A DNA stretch of 64,000 bases from assembly GCF_016432865.1 (NCBI RefSeq), contig NC_067400.1, forward strand, positions 65,348,001 through 65,412,000, given 5' to 3'. The stretch is from Antechinus flavipes. Taxonomy: Eukaryota. Below the pieces are notes generated by a model. The model did not search any database. It worked only from the letters and a program-made list of their open reading frames with translations, and was not told the origin of the DNA. Positions within the stretch are counted from its first letter, which is position 1. Each line of letters begins with the position of its first letter. The position numbers were made by a program, and so were the translations under genes. This document shows, piece by piece, positions 51,031 to 63,944 of the stretch.

Positions 51031-53097
51031 TATCTAGTACATAGTAGATGTGTAATATATTTTTTGTTGAATTAAATAATAAAATAATACTAAACTTGGA
51101 GTCAAAGGACTCTGGGTTCAAATCTTAGCTTTATTACTGTGTAACTGGGTAAATTAGGTAAAATATGGCCCTTCATTCCCTGGTCTGTAAGATGAAGAAT
51201 TTGGACTAATCATAGTCATAGTCAATAGACATTTATTTAGTGCCTACTCTGTGCCAGGTATTGTGCTAAATAAGAAAAAGAAAGATGATCTCTGCCTTCG
51301 AGAAGCTTATAATCTAATTAGGGAAGACAATATACAAAATGTATGTAAAAAGGAAGCTGAAAAGGGAGATAGGAGATGTAGCCAAGGAGGTATAAGAGGT
51401 GCATCCAGTGTTCAGCATCTGTTGTACCATAGTGCTCATGGAGTTCAAGCCAGTCAGACAGGACAAAGGAAGAGACTGAATACTCTATAACTTCCCTCAC
51501 TGTTAAATCCCATGATCCCATGCATGAGTGCATATGAAGTCTGACAGCAAACTTTGAACCCAGGGAATACTTCCCCTTGGCATGTAACCTATTCTGCACC
51601 TCTCTCTGGTCCCATGTAATATGTGCTAAATGAATGGCTCGGGCATTTAAGCAATGAAAAACTCAGAAGAGAGAAATTCCCTGTGGACTGCAATGGCACA
51701 GAAGCCTTCTTTGAGGGTTTTAGATTTAGACCTTCTAGTCCCATTTTATAGATTACATACTGAGACCCAGGGATCATGAATGATTTTCTCAGGATCACAT
51801 AGGTGGTTAAATGGCAAAGCTGGGATTCAAATCAAGGCCTATCCATTTTCTTTCAACTGCATGATGCTGAAGTAGAATTTCAGCTAAACCATGAAGGATG
51901 AGGCTGGTTAATAACAATTGTGCTAACAATAATAATAATTAGCATCTCTATAGTGCTAATGCTTTACAAATATATCATATCCTATTATATCATGTTATAG
52001 CATATATTACATTATATCATTTTATATATTACCTCATATTACATTATTTTATTCTCATAATATCCATGAGAAGTAAATATTATTATAAGCTCCATTTTAC
52101 AAATGAGGAAACAAAAGTAGAGAGAGGTTAAATAATTTGTTCAGGGTCACACAGCTAGTAAGGTGGAAGTTGAACTCAGGTCTTTCTAATTCTAGATCCA
52201 TCCAGCCCTCTATCTACTACGTCACTTAATTGCTTATAGAATCTGAGAGGAGAGGAAAAAACTGAGTGGGGAGAGTGAAAATCTCTAAACTTCAGGTGTA
52301 GGAAATTTCTGGCCATGTAGAACATCTACACAATTTTCAATTCTTTCACTTCTTCCACCCTTCCCTTTCCTTTTGGAAAAGTGCAGTTCCCAGGGATATT
52401 CACAAGGTGGCAAAGTAACTTCATTTATCAGCATGAAATCTTTGGAATTGAGGTTGGGGAAAGGATGAGTTAGAAGAAGAAAGAAGGGTCTCATTCCAAG
52501 CAATTCACTTGACTCTAGGGACATTGGACAGATGTGCATAAGAGCCTAGAGAATGACTTTTAGGAACAGAGAAAATGTGAGAAATTGGGGGTCTTTCCCC
52601 TGACCCCCTGAAGGATCCTAAGTTCATTTGGGAGGACTATCTTACTCAGTGGGCCAGATATCTGATATTTCCCCAGTTCTTGGTCTCCCAACTTACTCCT
52701 TGTGTGACTTTGGACCAGACTTTTCTCTTCTGGGTCTCAGTTTCTCCTCGTGTAAAATGAAGGGGATGGTTTGGATTAAATGACCTCCAATATTATTTTC
52801 ATTGGGGATTTATCTCTATTTGTGACAGCAATGGGAACCAGAATTAGGCTGAGATTAGGTATGTGTTTGAATGCATAGATGGTCATAGGGATAATAAATT
52901 TAGAGCCATCATTGATCTCAAAATCTCACGTCAAGTTCAGCCTTTTCATTTTACAGTTGAGGAAAATGAGATAGAGTTGTCAGATGATTTGCCCAGGATC
53001 GCATAGCTATCAAGTGTGTGAAGCAGGATTTGAATTTGTCTTTTTGACTCAAAGTCTAGAACTCTAGTTATATTTATTAAGCACCTAGTATATAAAA

Positions 53098-53330
53098 GGG
53101 AAGCTAGATAGTACAGTAGGCTTGGAATCAGGAAGTCTCATCTTTCTAAGTTCAAATATGGCTTCATATACTTCCTAACTGGGCAGGTCACTTTACCTTG
53201 TTTGCCTCAGTTTTCTTTTCTGTAAAATGAGCTGGAGAAGAAAATGGCAAACTGCTTCCATATCTGTCAAGAAAATCCCAAATAGGATCATGGAGAATTG
53301 GATATAACTAAAATGACTGAACAACAAGAA
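53098..53330 (+). mobile_element. MAR1-type SINE
   Basis: Head-core-tail ending gactgaacaacaa. Confidence 0.75.
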
Positions 53331-53512
53331 AACTGAGAACTGGAGAAGTTAAGTGAATGAATAAATCTGTAACTGAGATGAGCAAATGCTCCAATGGCTA
53401 AGCTTTGCGCCTAAAACCGAGATTTTTCCAGTCTATTGTGATATGGCAGAAGGGGGGTCAAGGACAGAGGGAGGTTCTTTTGACTTTTGGGAATCATATT
53501 TTTGAAGTTGAG

Positions 53513-54170
53513 GATTTAAAAAAATTATTTTTTCTGGTTATACATGTACATTCATTCATTTTTTAAAAATACATTTTCTTATGAATCACATTGGGAGAGA
53601 AAAATTTATTATAATAGTTCCAAATTGTTCTTCAGAATGGTTGGATCATTTTGCAACTCTACCAACAACGTATCAGTGTCCCTGTTTTTCCACACCCTCT
53701 CCAACATTTATTGTTATTTTTTCCTGTCATTTTAATCAATCTGAGAAGTGTGAGGTCGTATCTCAGAGCTGTTCTGATTTGCATTTCTCTAATCAATAGA
53801 ACATTTTTTCATATGACTATAAATAACTATAGATATTTTAATTTCTACATCTGAAAATTGTCTGTTCATATCTTTGACCATGTATCAATCGGGGAATGAC
53901 TTGTATCCTTGTAAATGTGACAGTTCTTTACATATTTGAGAAATCAGGTCTTTATCAGAGATACTGACTGTAAAAGTTTTTTTCCCAGCTTTGCATTTAA
54001 TCTAGTTTGCATTGGTTTTGTTTATACAAAAACTTTATAATTTAATATAATTAAAGTTGTCCATTTTACATTTCATAATGTTCTCTTGTTCTTCTTTGGC
54101 CATAAATTTCTGCCTTCTCCAAATATCTGATAGGTAAACTATCCCTTGTGCTCCTAATTTGCTTATGGTA
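53513..54170 (-). mobile_element. L1 (ORF2 3' end plus tail) with an internal 3'UTR deletion
   Basis: 11-bp TSD TTGAAGTTGAG at 53502-53512 and 54171-54181. Confidence 0.85.
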
Positions 54171-55130
54171 TTGAAGTTGAGAGTTTTTGATAACTTGGGA
54201 AAATTGTGGGGAGAAGCATGGCAGCAATTTAGCAAAAGAAGAAACCCAGTCTAAATGCCATTTTTGTCATGATACAAGCCCATTTGGTAAGATGATCCAT
54301 TGTGATCCTGTGGTCTATAAAGATAATACAATAATGCATTTTATAGGGATTTATACTTTTCAAAGCTCATTCACACACAGGATTCCTTCATGAGAATCTC
54401 ATAGCAGGCCTATGGGGGTAAGCATGGGAAATACTATTTATCCCCATTTTATAGATGAGATCGAGAGATTATTTCAATTTGCCCAGAACAGAGCCAGGAT
54501 GAAAACTCAGAGCATGGAGGTATTGTTTATCCCCATTTATAGAGGAGGGTGCTGGGGCTGAGAGGTTATCTTAACTTGTTCAGAATCACAGGGAATTAGA
54601 GATAGAACCAGAATGAAAACTCTGAGCATGGGGTCTAGATCTGGAGACGACCTTGAGATCAATGAGTCCAACCATTTCCTTTTACAGAAGCTCTGTCCCA
54701 AGACTTTCTTAAAATCCCATAGCTCCTAAGTGATTGGGCTGGTATTTGAACTCCTGACTCCCAGCTTAGTGTTCTTTCCCAGAATAGGAGAGCTCCCTCA
54801 CTAATAGTTTTTGGCACAAGAAGGCAGGCTGGCCTGAAGGAGAGGGCCATACAGAATAAACTCCAAAGGTCATCTTTTTTGCGCTCTCCTCTCCACTACA
54901 AATAGCTCAGCCCCAACCTTGCGTCTCTCCCCTGGTCCCAACCTCCTGACCGAGATCCCCAGAGCTCTTGTTCCTTGCTTTGGGCACCACGTGGAAACTC
55001 GATTCCCTGAGTTGCCTCGGCCTTGGCTGGACAAATGGCTTCCATCCATCGAGAGGCTATTTCAGAGGAAGGACATAATAGGGAATGACCGCTTCGGTTG
55101 CTGTCCAGACAGCTTCGGGTCAGCTCCCCT

Positions 55131-55148
55131 TGGCCACTAGGGGACAGT
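55131..55148 (+). promoter_or_regulatory. Candidate CTCF site (TGGCCACTAGGGGACAGT)
   Basis: 13 of 14 positions match CCASYAGRKGGCRS; lies in a CpG-retaining segment. Confidence 0.45.
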
Positions 55149-55901
55149 CTTTTACCACATTTGAGGACAATTTACACTTTAGGCTCTGGGGAGTGAGCCC
55201 GGAGCTTGCAGAGTTCGACCCCAGAAACAAAGCGTTCTGTGTGTACGTGCAGGAAGGCAGGGGTAGCTTGTGCCCACGTGTGTGCTGCATATGCTTGTGT
55301 GCCCACATATGTCCCAAGGCCTCTGCCCAGACCACTGTGTCCCTGAAGTTGACCCAGCCCAATGGAGTCATTTGTTTTGTAATGATTTTGCCCATTGGAA
55401 ATAGTCAAAAGATTTCAGGGCTTTGAAGAGGGAGAGGTTGGCTTGTGATGGGACGGGGATGAGGGTCGGAGTATAGACTGACTCTGAAATGGGGACAGAG
55501 AGAATGACAAAATGTTGGAGGGGAGAGCTCGAGGTAGGGGATGGGGAGCAGGTGTATATGTGGGGGTGGTACTAATGGTGATTGTTGGGGGGTGTTGAAC
55601 AATGGGGTGGCGAATTTTCTATGATGCCTTGTTTCAGAATCATCTGTGAAATGAAGGGGATGAATTATATAATCTCAAAAATCCCTTTCAGTTATAAATC
55701 TCTAACTCTAGGGAAACAAAACAAAACAAAACACCACTTCTCCACTCAATGGCTGCCCGAGGATTAACTTGTGTTGTAATCCATTATGGATCCCAGATCG
55801 TTTTGCTTTGGTCCTGATTATAATCAGTTGTTTCTCATCCTATATATGCAGTGAATTTTTCTTCTAAGGGTCTCTTTCAGCTTTAAATCTATGATCTGTC
55901 C

Positions 55902-56121
55902 NNNNNNNNNNNNNNNNNNNNNNNNNNNNNNNNNNNNNNNNNNNNNNNNNNNNNNNNNNNNNNNNNNNNNNNNNNNNNNNNNNNNNNNNNNNNNNNNNNN
56001 NNNNNNNNNNNNNNNNNNNNNNNNNNNNNNNNNNNNNNNNNNNNNNNNNNNNNNNNNNNNNNNNNNNNNNNNNNNNNNNNNNNNNNNNNNNNNNNNNNNN
56101 NNNNNNNNNNNNNNNNNNNNN
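55902..56121. other. Assembly gap (N-run)
   Basis: Ns. Confidence 0.99.
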
Positions 56122-57121
56122 TTCAGAATAAGGAATAAAGAAAGGAAAGAAGGAAAGAAGGAAGAAAGGAAGGAAGGAATAAGGTCAAAGAAAAAAGATC
56201 TGGGGTCCATAATGGACAGATCATAGATTTAAAACTGAAAGAGACCCTTAAAAGGCATTAAGTCTAACTCATCATTTTATATATGAGAAGCTAAGAGCTA
56301 AAGAAATTAGGTGACTTGATAGTGACATAGGACTAAATGTGTAGGGTACATACTTGGAGGCAACATGGTGGTGCAGTTGATTGAGCACTAGGCGTAGAGT
56401 CAGGAAGACATGAGTTCAAATTTGGCCTCAGATGATTTCTTGTTGCATGATCCTTATTTTCTCTAAATGTAAAATGGGGATAATAATAGCATTCATTTCC
56501 CAGGGTTGTTGTAAGGATCAAATGAGAAAATATTTGCAAAGCACTTAACACAGCCTCTGACACATGGTAGGGATTAATAAAGACTTGTTCTCCCTCCAAC
56601 CTTTATAAGGTGAGATCTGAACCTAGGTCTTCCTACCTTTAAATCTAACTTCTCATGCTGCAAGAATGTGTAAGAGAAGCACTGAATATGGGAGCCCCTT
56701 TTTTTTTAGTAAATTTAGTAAATATGAAGAGGATAAAATGTACCTTTGGAAGCCTCTCTCCATTGCTTCTCCTTGTTCCCTCCAGTTCCCATTCATTGAT
56801 CACCTTTCGTTTATCATTCAACAAACATTAAGTACTAGTGTATACAGATCTCTGTGCTTGTTTTTAAGAGATTTACAACATTTGGGTTGGATATGGTCCT
56901 TGTCCTTACAGAGCTTCAAGCAAATTCAGTGAACTTCCATCTTGATTTCCATAAGTCCTTGCTTTCTGCTAGGCTACACTGTGATTAGACCAGACTAGAG
57001 ATTTAAAAATGAAATGGATTTCAAAAGGCAGTCAGTCAATTAGCCTTTATACAGAATCTCCTCTGTATCTACTGAGCTAAGCATTGCTGATACAAAAAAG
57101 AAGCAAAAGATAGTTCTATAG

Positions 57122-57275
57122 TCCAAGGCTTTTTTACTTTCTGTGTGTCATAGTTCCCTTTGGTAAGGTAGGCCACTTCTTAGAAGCATATTTTTGAGTG
57201 CATTAAATGATTACATAGAATTATAAAGATCAACCAAACAATTAAAAATAATTATTAAAATATTCTTAAAAAGAC
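57122..57275. mobile_element. Partial second copy of the 18585-18762 hAT MITE family
   Basis: Shared words catatagaattacaaaag / catagaattataaag and a similar left end. Confidence 0.55.
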
Positions 57276-57279
57276 CATA

Positions 57280-57480
57280 TCCAATTTTTCTTGTGCAATA
57301 TGATAAATGTAGAAATATGTATAGCAGAATTGCACATGTTTATCATATTGAATTACTTGTTTTTTAGGGGAAGAGGTGAGGGGAAGGGAGGGAGAACAAA
57401 TTTGGAACACAAGGTTTTGCAAGAGTGAATGTTGAAGACTATCTTTGCATATATTTTGAAAATAAAAAGCTATTATTTTT
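57280..57480 (+). mobile_element. L1 3' end
   Basis: Reverse complement of the other L1 tails; ends aaaataaaaagc. Confidence 0.8.
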
Positions 57481-58559
57481 TAAAAGATGATAGACTTCAG
57501 ATTAAGGACCCTGCTCTAGTCTAATGCCTGATTTTATAAATAAGGAAACTCAGTCTTAAAAATCTGGAAGGACTTACCTGAAAATACTAGAGTTCCTAAG
57601 GTCCCTGAAAATATCATGAATTCAGATCCAGTGAAAAACCCCACTAACTGTCTCCACTAAATGTTGGTATGAGTTTCTTCTTAGAATGTAATGCCTGAGC
57701 CTAGTTAAACTGCTCAGTTACATAGTTGGTAATGTGGGAATCTTCTGTCAGATTTGGGAGAACTTAAAAGAGGGGGATTTATTTTGGACGCGAGTCTTAT
57801 GTTCTAATTCTGATTTTTCTATAAACTCATTGGACTTCAAATTTCTCATCTGTCAAATGAAGTGGGGATGGACTGCAACAGATGTCCAAGGACCCTCTTA
57901 ACTCTTCTTTCCGAGGATTCTTAAAGAATCGGGGAGAACTGGATAAATTGTGGTGTTTGTGAGGGGAAGGGTATGTTGGCCAGCTAGATACTAGAGAACA
58001 TCAATTATTTGGAAATTAGCTTCAGAGATGAGAGAGGTAGTTCTGATTGAGACAGACGTTGAGAGTCCTGAATTCTAATCCTGGTTCCTCTATGTTCAGT
58101 TGTATGGCTGTGAGTAAGCACAAACATACTCTTATCTAAGTAATGTCAGCCTTGAAGGTGGGATTGTGCATTTGGGGAGTGGGGAAGCAGGCATAGGCTT
58201 TCTCTCTCCCACTAGATGACTCTTTCCTTGCCTTGAGGTAATGGCCATGATTTATTATTCCTTGTATTCCCAAAATTGCCTGTCAAGGGAGCTTGGCACA
58301 TATGAGACTCCCAAGAAACACTTTTTGAATAACTGTGGAAAATCAGTCTCTAATACCAAACGTCATTTGGCTGCTTTTAATAAAAAATTTCAGAGACTTG
58401 AGCCCTACATTAGGAGCTCACAGGACTGTAGCGACCTCAAAACCCATCTAGTCAAAGACTCTCATTTAGGTAGGATCTAGACTTAATTTTACTTATATAA
58501 GGAAATTCCCTTTATCAAATAGGTTGGTACTTAAGCTGCAACTTAATAGTTTTCTAGAG

Positions 58560-58801
58560 CTGAGGTGTCAAACTCAAATAGAAATAGGTTCACAAAACTG
58601 TATATAAGGGTCCTGTGGGCAGCAAATTGTAGTTAGAAAACTACACACTATCTACATTTCATTGAATTTTAAATTTTAAAATTTCATTTATTTTAAAATT
58701 TAATTGTAATTAATTTTATTTAATATTATTAATATTAATATTAATTTTATTAAATATTTCTGGGAAATTTTAGGCCTCAGACTATGTGTTTGACATCTCT
58801 G
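58560..58801. mobile_element. hAT-type MITE
   Basis: TIR ctgaggtgtcaaac / gtttgacatctctg; flanks ttctagag/acctagaa. Confidence 0.65.
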
Positions 58802-61800
58802 ACCTAGAATAGAGTAAGGTTTAATAACTTGCCCAGTTATTCACATAACCAGAATAAGTAGAAATAATGATTTAAATCCAGTTTTTTTTCTTCTTTTTTT
58901 TGGTTCTAAGGCCAGCTCTCTATTTACTACACTGAGTTGTCTCTGTACATCCATTTTAGAGAAGAGGAAACTGAGGACCACAGAAGTGACAAACTGCCTC
59001 TCTATTCTCATTTTACAAAAGAGGAAACTTCTAGTCCATCTGGGATGGGAGTTCTGGAGGGGATATTTAGGACTGTCTCTGTATCTGAATAAAGACCATG
59101 GTGACTGAACTTCGCTTCTGCCTTTTCTGCACAAAGCAGATAGGACATTTTCCCCCCTCTTCTTTTACTCCCCTTTCCCTCAGTCCTCCTTATTTTCTCC
59201 CCCCCTCACCATACCCACTTGTGAAAGCAGAAAAATCTTTAAGTGGTGAAGTCATATTTTCCATGCCCCCCAAAGCTCTTGAAGAGCCGAGGAGTGTTAT
59301 TGTAACAGGAGGAGGCTGGGGACAAAGGAAGCTTATAATTTTGTAAACAGAGGCCTCTCCACACTGGCTTTCCTGGGCAGAGAGTCAGGGACTGGGATGG
59401 GGGGGTTATAGTTGGAGGAAGGGAGAGAGAGAAGTTGAAAAAGTCAGAGAAAAAACCCATTCCCATCTGCTCTTGAAGGGAGTTCCTTGGCACATGAGCC
59501 CCCTGGAGTGTGGTCCTGAGGGTTCCAGGGAGGTTCTGTGAAAATGGTAACAAATATCACTTTAGGTAGGCTCTCTTATACTTATTCACAGATATTATGT
59601 GTAGATATGCTATATATAGATATATATGTGCTTTTATATAGTCTGTATTATATGTATGCATATACATATATATGTCTGTGTGTATATATATTCGACCTGT
59701 TATTTCATTATTATAAGGAATTTTCAGTGAGGAGGCTCCTTTTTTACTGCTTATCATTATTTTCTTTGAAACTTAGGGTTTTGGAAAGTTGCCTGGAATC
59801 CTGAGAGGTTAAAAATCTCTGAGGATCACATAGACTCTGTATCAGAGTCAGAAATTCAAGGCTCTTCTGACTCATGTGAGCTGTCTCAGGTCTCAGTATA
59901 CTACTGTTTCTAATATTCCTAGTTAACCATTTTTCATTTTCTTCATTCTCCCTTGCTTTCCCTCCTCCCCCATTCCTTTATTAAAAAACGACCAGATTCC
60001 CTACAATTTTCTCATCTTGGAAAAGATGAGAATTTTGGGCACACATTTTGAAATAGCAACAAACAGAAACTTAAGTAGAGGATAACTGGGTTGACTTATT
60101 TTCCCTTTGAACGTGTAGACATCAAGGTCACATAAGGGCTTCTGGGAGACAGTGATCTATGAACCAGGCCTGTTGAGACCCTCCCTTGAAATCGGGCTAT
60201 ATTCTGCACCACAGCTATGCCAAAGGTGCTCTGGGCTCCCAGGAGCCACGGGGACTAGTGTTTCTGGGTTTTCTTGGAAAGCCTTGGGGGCGCGATGAGG
60301 TGTCAACTTACACTTGTAAAAATAACTCGGAGGCTGAGCCTGGCTCCCTTGATATGCACAGACACCAGCAGGTGCTTTGGCAAAGGTCACTCAGACATTT
60401 TCAGGGAGTGTTGGGAGGTTGGAGGAAGGAAGGGAAGTGCTTCTTTTCAGCTCTTTCTGTCACCCCAAAGGGCATTTCTTCCAAAAGAAGAGACAGAGTC
60501 TTAAAACTTTTTATTGATGTTTTTGTTTTTACATCAATTCAATTTCTTCTCTCCTGCAGAGAATAAAAAGAGAGAGGAAATAAAAAGCAGTTTAGCAAAA
60601 CTAACCAAGACATCAACCAAATCTGAGATGACAGGTAACGTTCCATACCCACAATGCATTTTTTCATTTGTTCTCTGGGATCAACCTTGGTCTTTAGGAT
60701 TGTCACTCAGTTTCTTTTGTAGCTGTGGTTCTTTCTGTTTCTATTCTTGTAGATATATGTAATTTTTTCCTGGTTCCTCTTTATTCCACATCGATCAATC
60801 ATCAATATTTATAAAGCACCTATTATATGTAAGTCATTGTGATACGTATTGGACATACAAAAAAGAGATAAAAGTCCCTGATCTCAAGCAGCTTGCAGTC
60901 TAGTGGGGGAGACATCATGCAAACAAATATATTGAATAAGTCTATAGCAAGTGGGATTTACTTGAGATTTAAGGGAAGGCAGGGAAGTCAGTAGCGAAAC
61001 AAGAAGAAGAAGGAACGTCCAGTCATTGGGGACAGTCAGAGAAAATTCCTGAAACAAGGGATGGAATGTCTTGTTTGGGGAACTTCTGGGAGACTGGTGT
61101 CATTGGATAGTTGGGGAGAAAGGTGTCAGAAAACTAGAAAGATAGGAAGGGTTAAGGTATGAAGAGCTTGGAATACCAAATAGAGTGTACTTGCTCCTGG
61201 AGGCAAGGAGAATAAGGGTTTTCCCTTTCGTCTCTGAATCCTTTATGTTCCTTATTTTTTATGAATATTCTATTTTATTCATTCATACACCATAGTTTGT
61301 TTATTCAATTCCCAATTAATATCAATTTGGGTTCCAGTTCTTTGCTACCATTAAAATGCTGCTAATAATATTTTGTTACCTATGGAGCTTTTCTGATTTC
61401 CTTTGGGGTATATACCTAGTGGTAGAAATCTCTGAGTCAAAAATTAGACATTTTAGTCATTTTTAAACATGATTTCAAATTTCTTTCCAGAACGGTTAGA
61501 ACATTTTGTAGTTCCACCAAAAACATAGCAGTGTGCCTGGCTTTCTTCAGCTCTCCAGGATTGAAGATTTCCATCTTTCATTCTCTTTGTTAGTTTCCTG
61601 GGTATGAAGAGAAATACATGAGTTGTTTTGTTTTGAATGTCAAATAAGACAAATTGATAAGTGTGTGAGTATGGTCCAACCATTTTCTTTGTTGAACCAT
61701 TCTGGACATTTATGACTGGTCCACAAGGAAATGCTACTGGGGAATCCAATCTATCTGAGAATGCATCAAGCCTTATACTTATACCTGGATATTTTGATGG

Positions 61801-63944
61801 ATTTTTTCCCCCATAACATTTTTTAGATGATATCCCTTACCTTCCCTCTAATCACTTAGCCATCACCATAGTTCAGGACCTTATCATCTTTCACCTGAAT
61901 TATTAACAATAGCCTCCTAATTAGTTGCTGTGTGGAGGATGTTATATTTATTCTATATCCTCAGAGAGTTTGTAATTTATTTGGAGAGATGAGGCCAGAA
62001 TAAAACAACAGTAAATCATATCCAGCAGCACACTTTCATACTTTCAAGATCAGTTCTTTCAACAGAGTGAGTACTTTCTTCACCTCTTCTGCAACTCAGT
62101 TGTGTGTTGAGCCTGAAAAATTCACCCCCCCGCCCTGAACAACTTTGTGATGGACCTACCGGAATTTAACTTGGCCAGCCCTCAGACAATAGATTTACTC
62201 TATCGTGGCGTCTGTGCTTACTTTTCAGAGTTGGAGGACCTAAAGCAGTACTCTTGCTTGTCTTCTACAATATAGGGCTTCCATACCGAGACTCAGTAGG
62301 GTTTTTCTTATCAGTTTATTTGAATTGAAAATAGGTATTCAAAGAAGAGAGAGAGAGAACTCAAAGAGCTTTGGAGTAGTTAGGAAGGATGTTGATTAGT
62401 CTTAATGAATGAGAGAGATTCAGTTGGAAAGAAGAGAAGAAAAACTCATCCTAACAGAAAGGATAGTGTGTGCCTCTCAAAATGTTCTCTCTTGAACTTT
62501 TTTCTCACCTCTTCTCTTCCCCCCTTCTTTTTTCTCCTTTTATCTTTTCCTTATCTAGTAGTTCTTAACATATCTTTCCTCAGCCCTTCCAACAGTGACT
62601 ATTTTCATTTTTAATCATCTTTGTCAGTTTGTTGGATATGAAGAGGAGTTGTTTTGATTTTGATTGTCAAATAAGATAAAGTTGAGGTTTATGAACTTGT
62701 TTTATTGAAAAATATTGATAAATATATTTCAATAGAATTGATTTGCTTCTGAGAAGGAGTCAAAGGTTACACCAGATTACTAAAGGAATCCAAAATACAA
62801 AAAAGGTTAAGAACTCCAGGGGCCTCTACCTTTTCTTGATAAATTCCTCAGCTCACATGGATTCACTTATGAATACATCTATATATCCAGTATTCACATT
62901 TCTCTTGATTTCTATACTTTACATCCTTAACTGCCAACTGGACATCAGCCATACATTCCATTGGCATCCTAGACTCAGTATGTTCAGAGTTATCTAGCTA
63001 AGTGTCTGAGGCAGTGTTTAGATCTAGTTTTGCTAGGGTCTCAGCCTAGCACTCAATCTAGAGTGCCATTTAAATACCTCCATCACCAACTCACTTCCTT
63101 TTATAGTCAAAAATAGACCTGAAACTGTCATTTACCTTACTTTCATGTCCAAATCGTTATTGCAATGTGCTGTAGATTACTTGCATGCACCATAAATATT
63201 TCCTTTGTCTTTTAGCAAATCCAGACCTAAAATAAAGCTTATAGTACATAAACAACAGAGTTGAGTTTCTATCTCCTCTCATATGTTTGTCCATCCCCCT
63301 GTTTTCTTGCCCCTTTTTGGAATTTCAGTGATAGTTGATTCTTGAACAGTTGTTCTTTGATCCATCTCTGCCTAGAGGGCTGATATGGTCCCCTGAAGGT
63401 CATGGTAAAATGAATAGAGTCTGGGCAAGAGTTATGTTAGAAAGGCCTGACTTCATATCTTGCTTCAGATGCTAACTAACTGTGGGATTCTGAGTAAATC
63501 ACTAAACCTTTGTCTGCCTCATTTTCCTTAATTGCAAACTGGGAATAAGATAATATAATCTTCCCAGGATTGTTCTAAATAGAAAATGAAACATATTTAA
63601 AGTGCTTTGCAAAACTTAAAGCTGTAAATAAATGTTAACTATTAACTAGTCCTCAGTCTCTAAGCAGATCAGATCTCCTCCCTGTAGCCCAGATATATGA
63701 TCCCACTAGTTCTGGGAAATTTCCAGGAACGGTTGCAGAGGAAATTCCTATACAGACGGTAATTATTCTGCTTGCTCTTTGAGGACACTTCCACATCTGT
63801 GATTCTGTGACACTCCACAGAGTGCATCTGTAACCTTTTTTTTTTTTCCCCAGTATCCCTTTCTCATTTTGGGAGGGTCCTCTAGTCAACTAATACTAAT
63901 GATAATTATACGCTAAATAGATAAAGCTCTTTAGATTTTAGAAA

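Noticed and set aside
58501-58510. Isolated perfect NF-kB site (GGGAATTTCC on the minus strand)
   Set aside because: A single 10-mer next to a MITE with no supporting cluster; plausible by chance in 64 kb.
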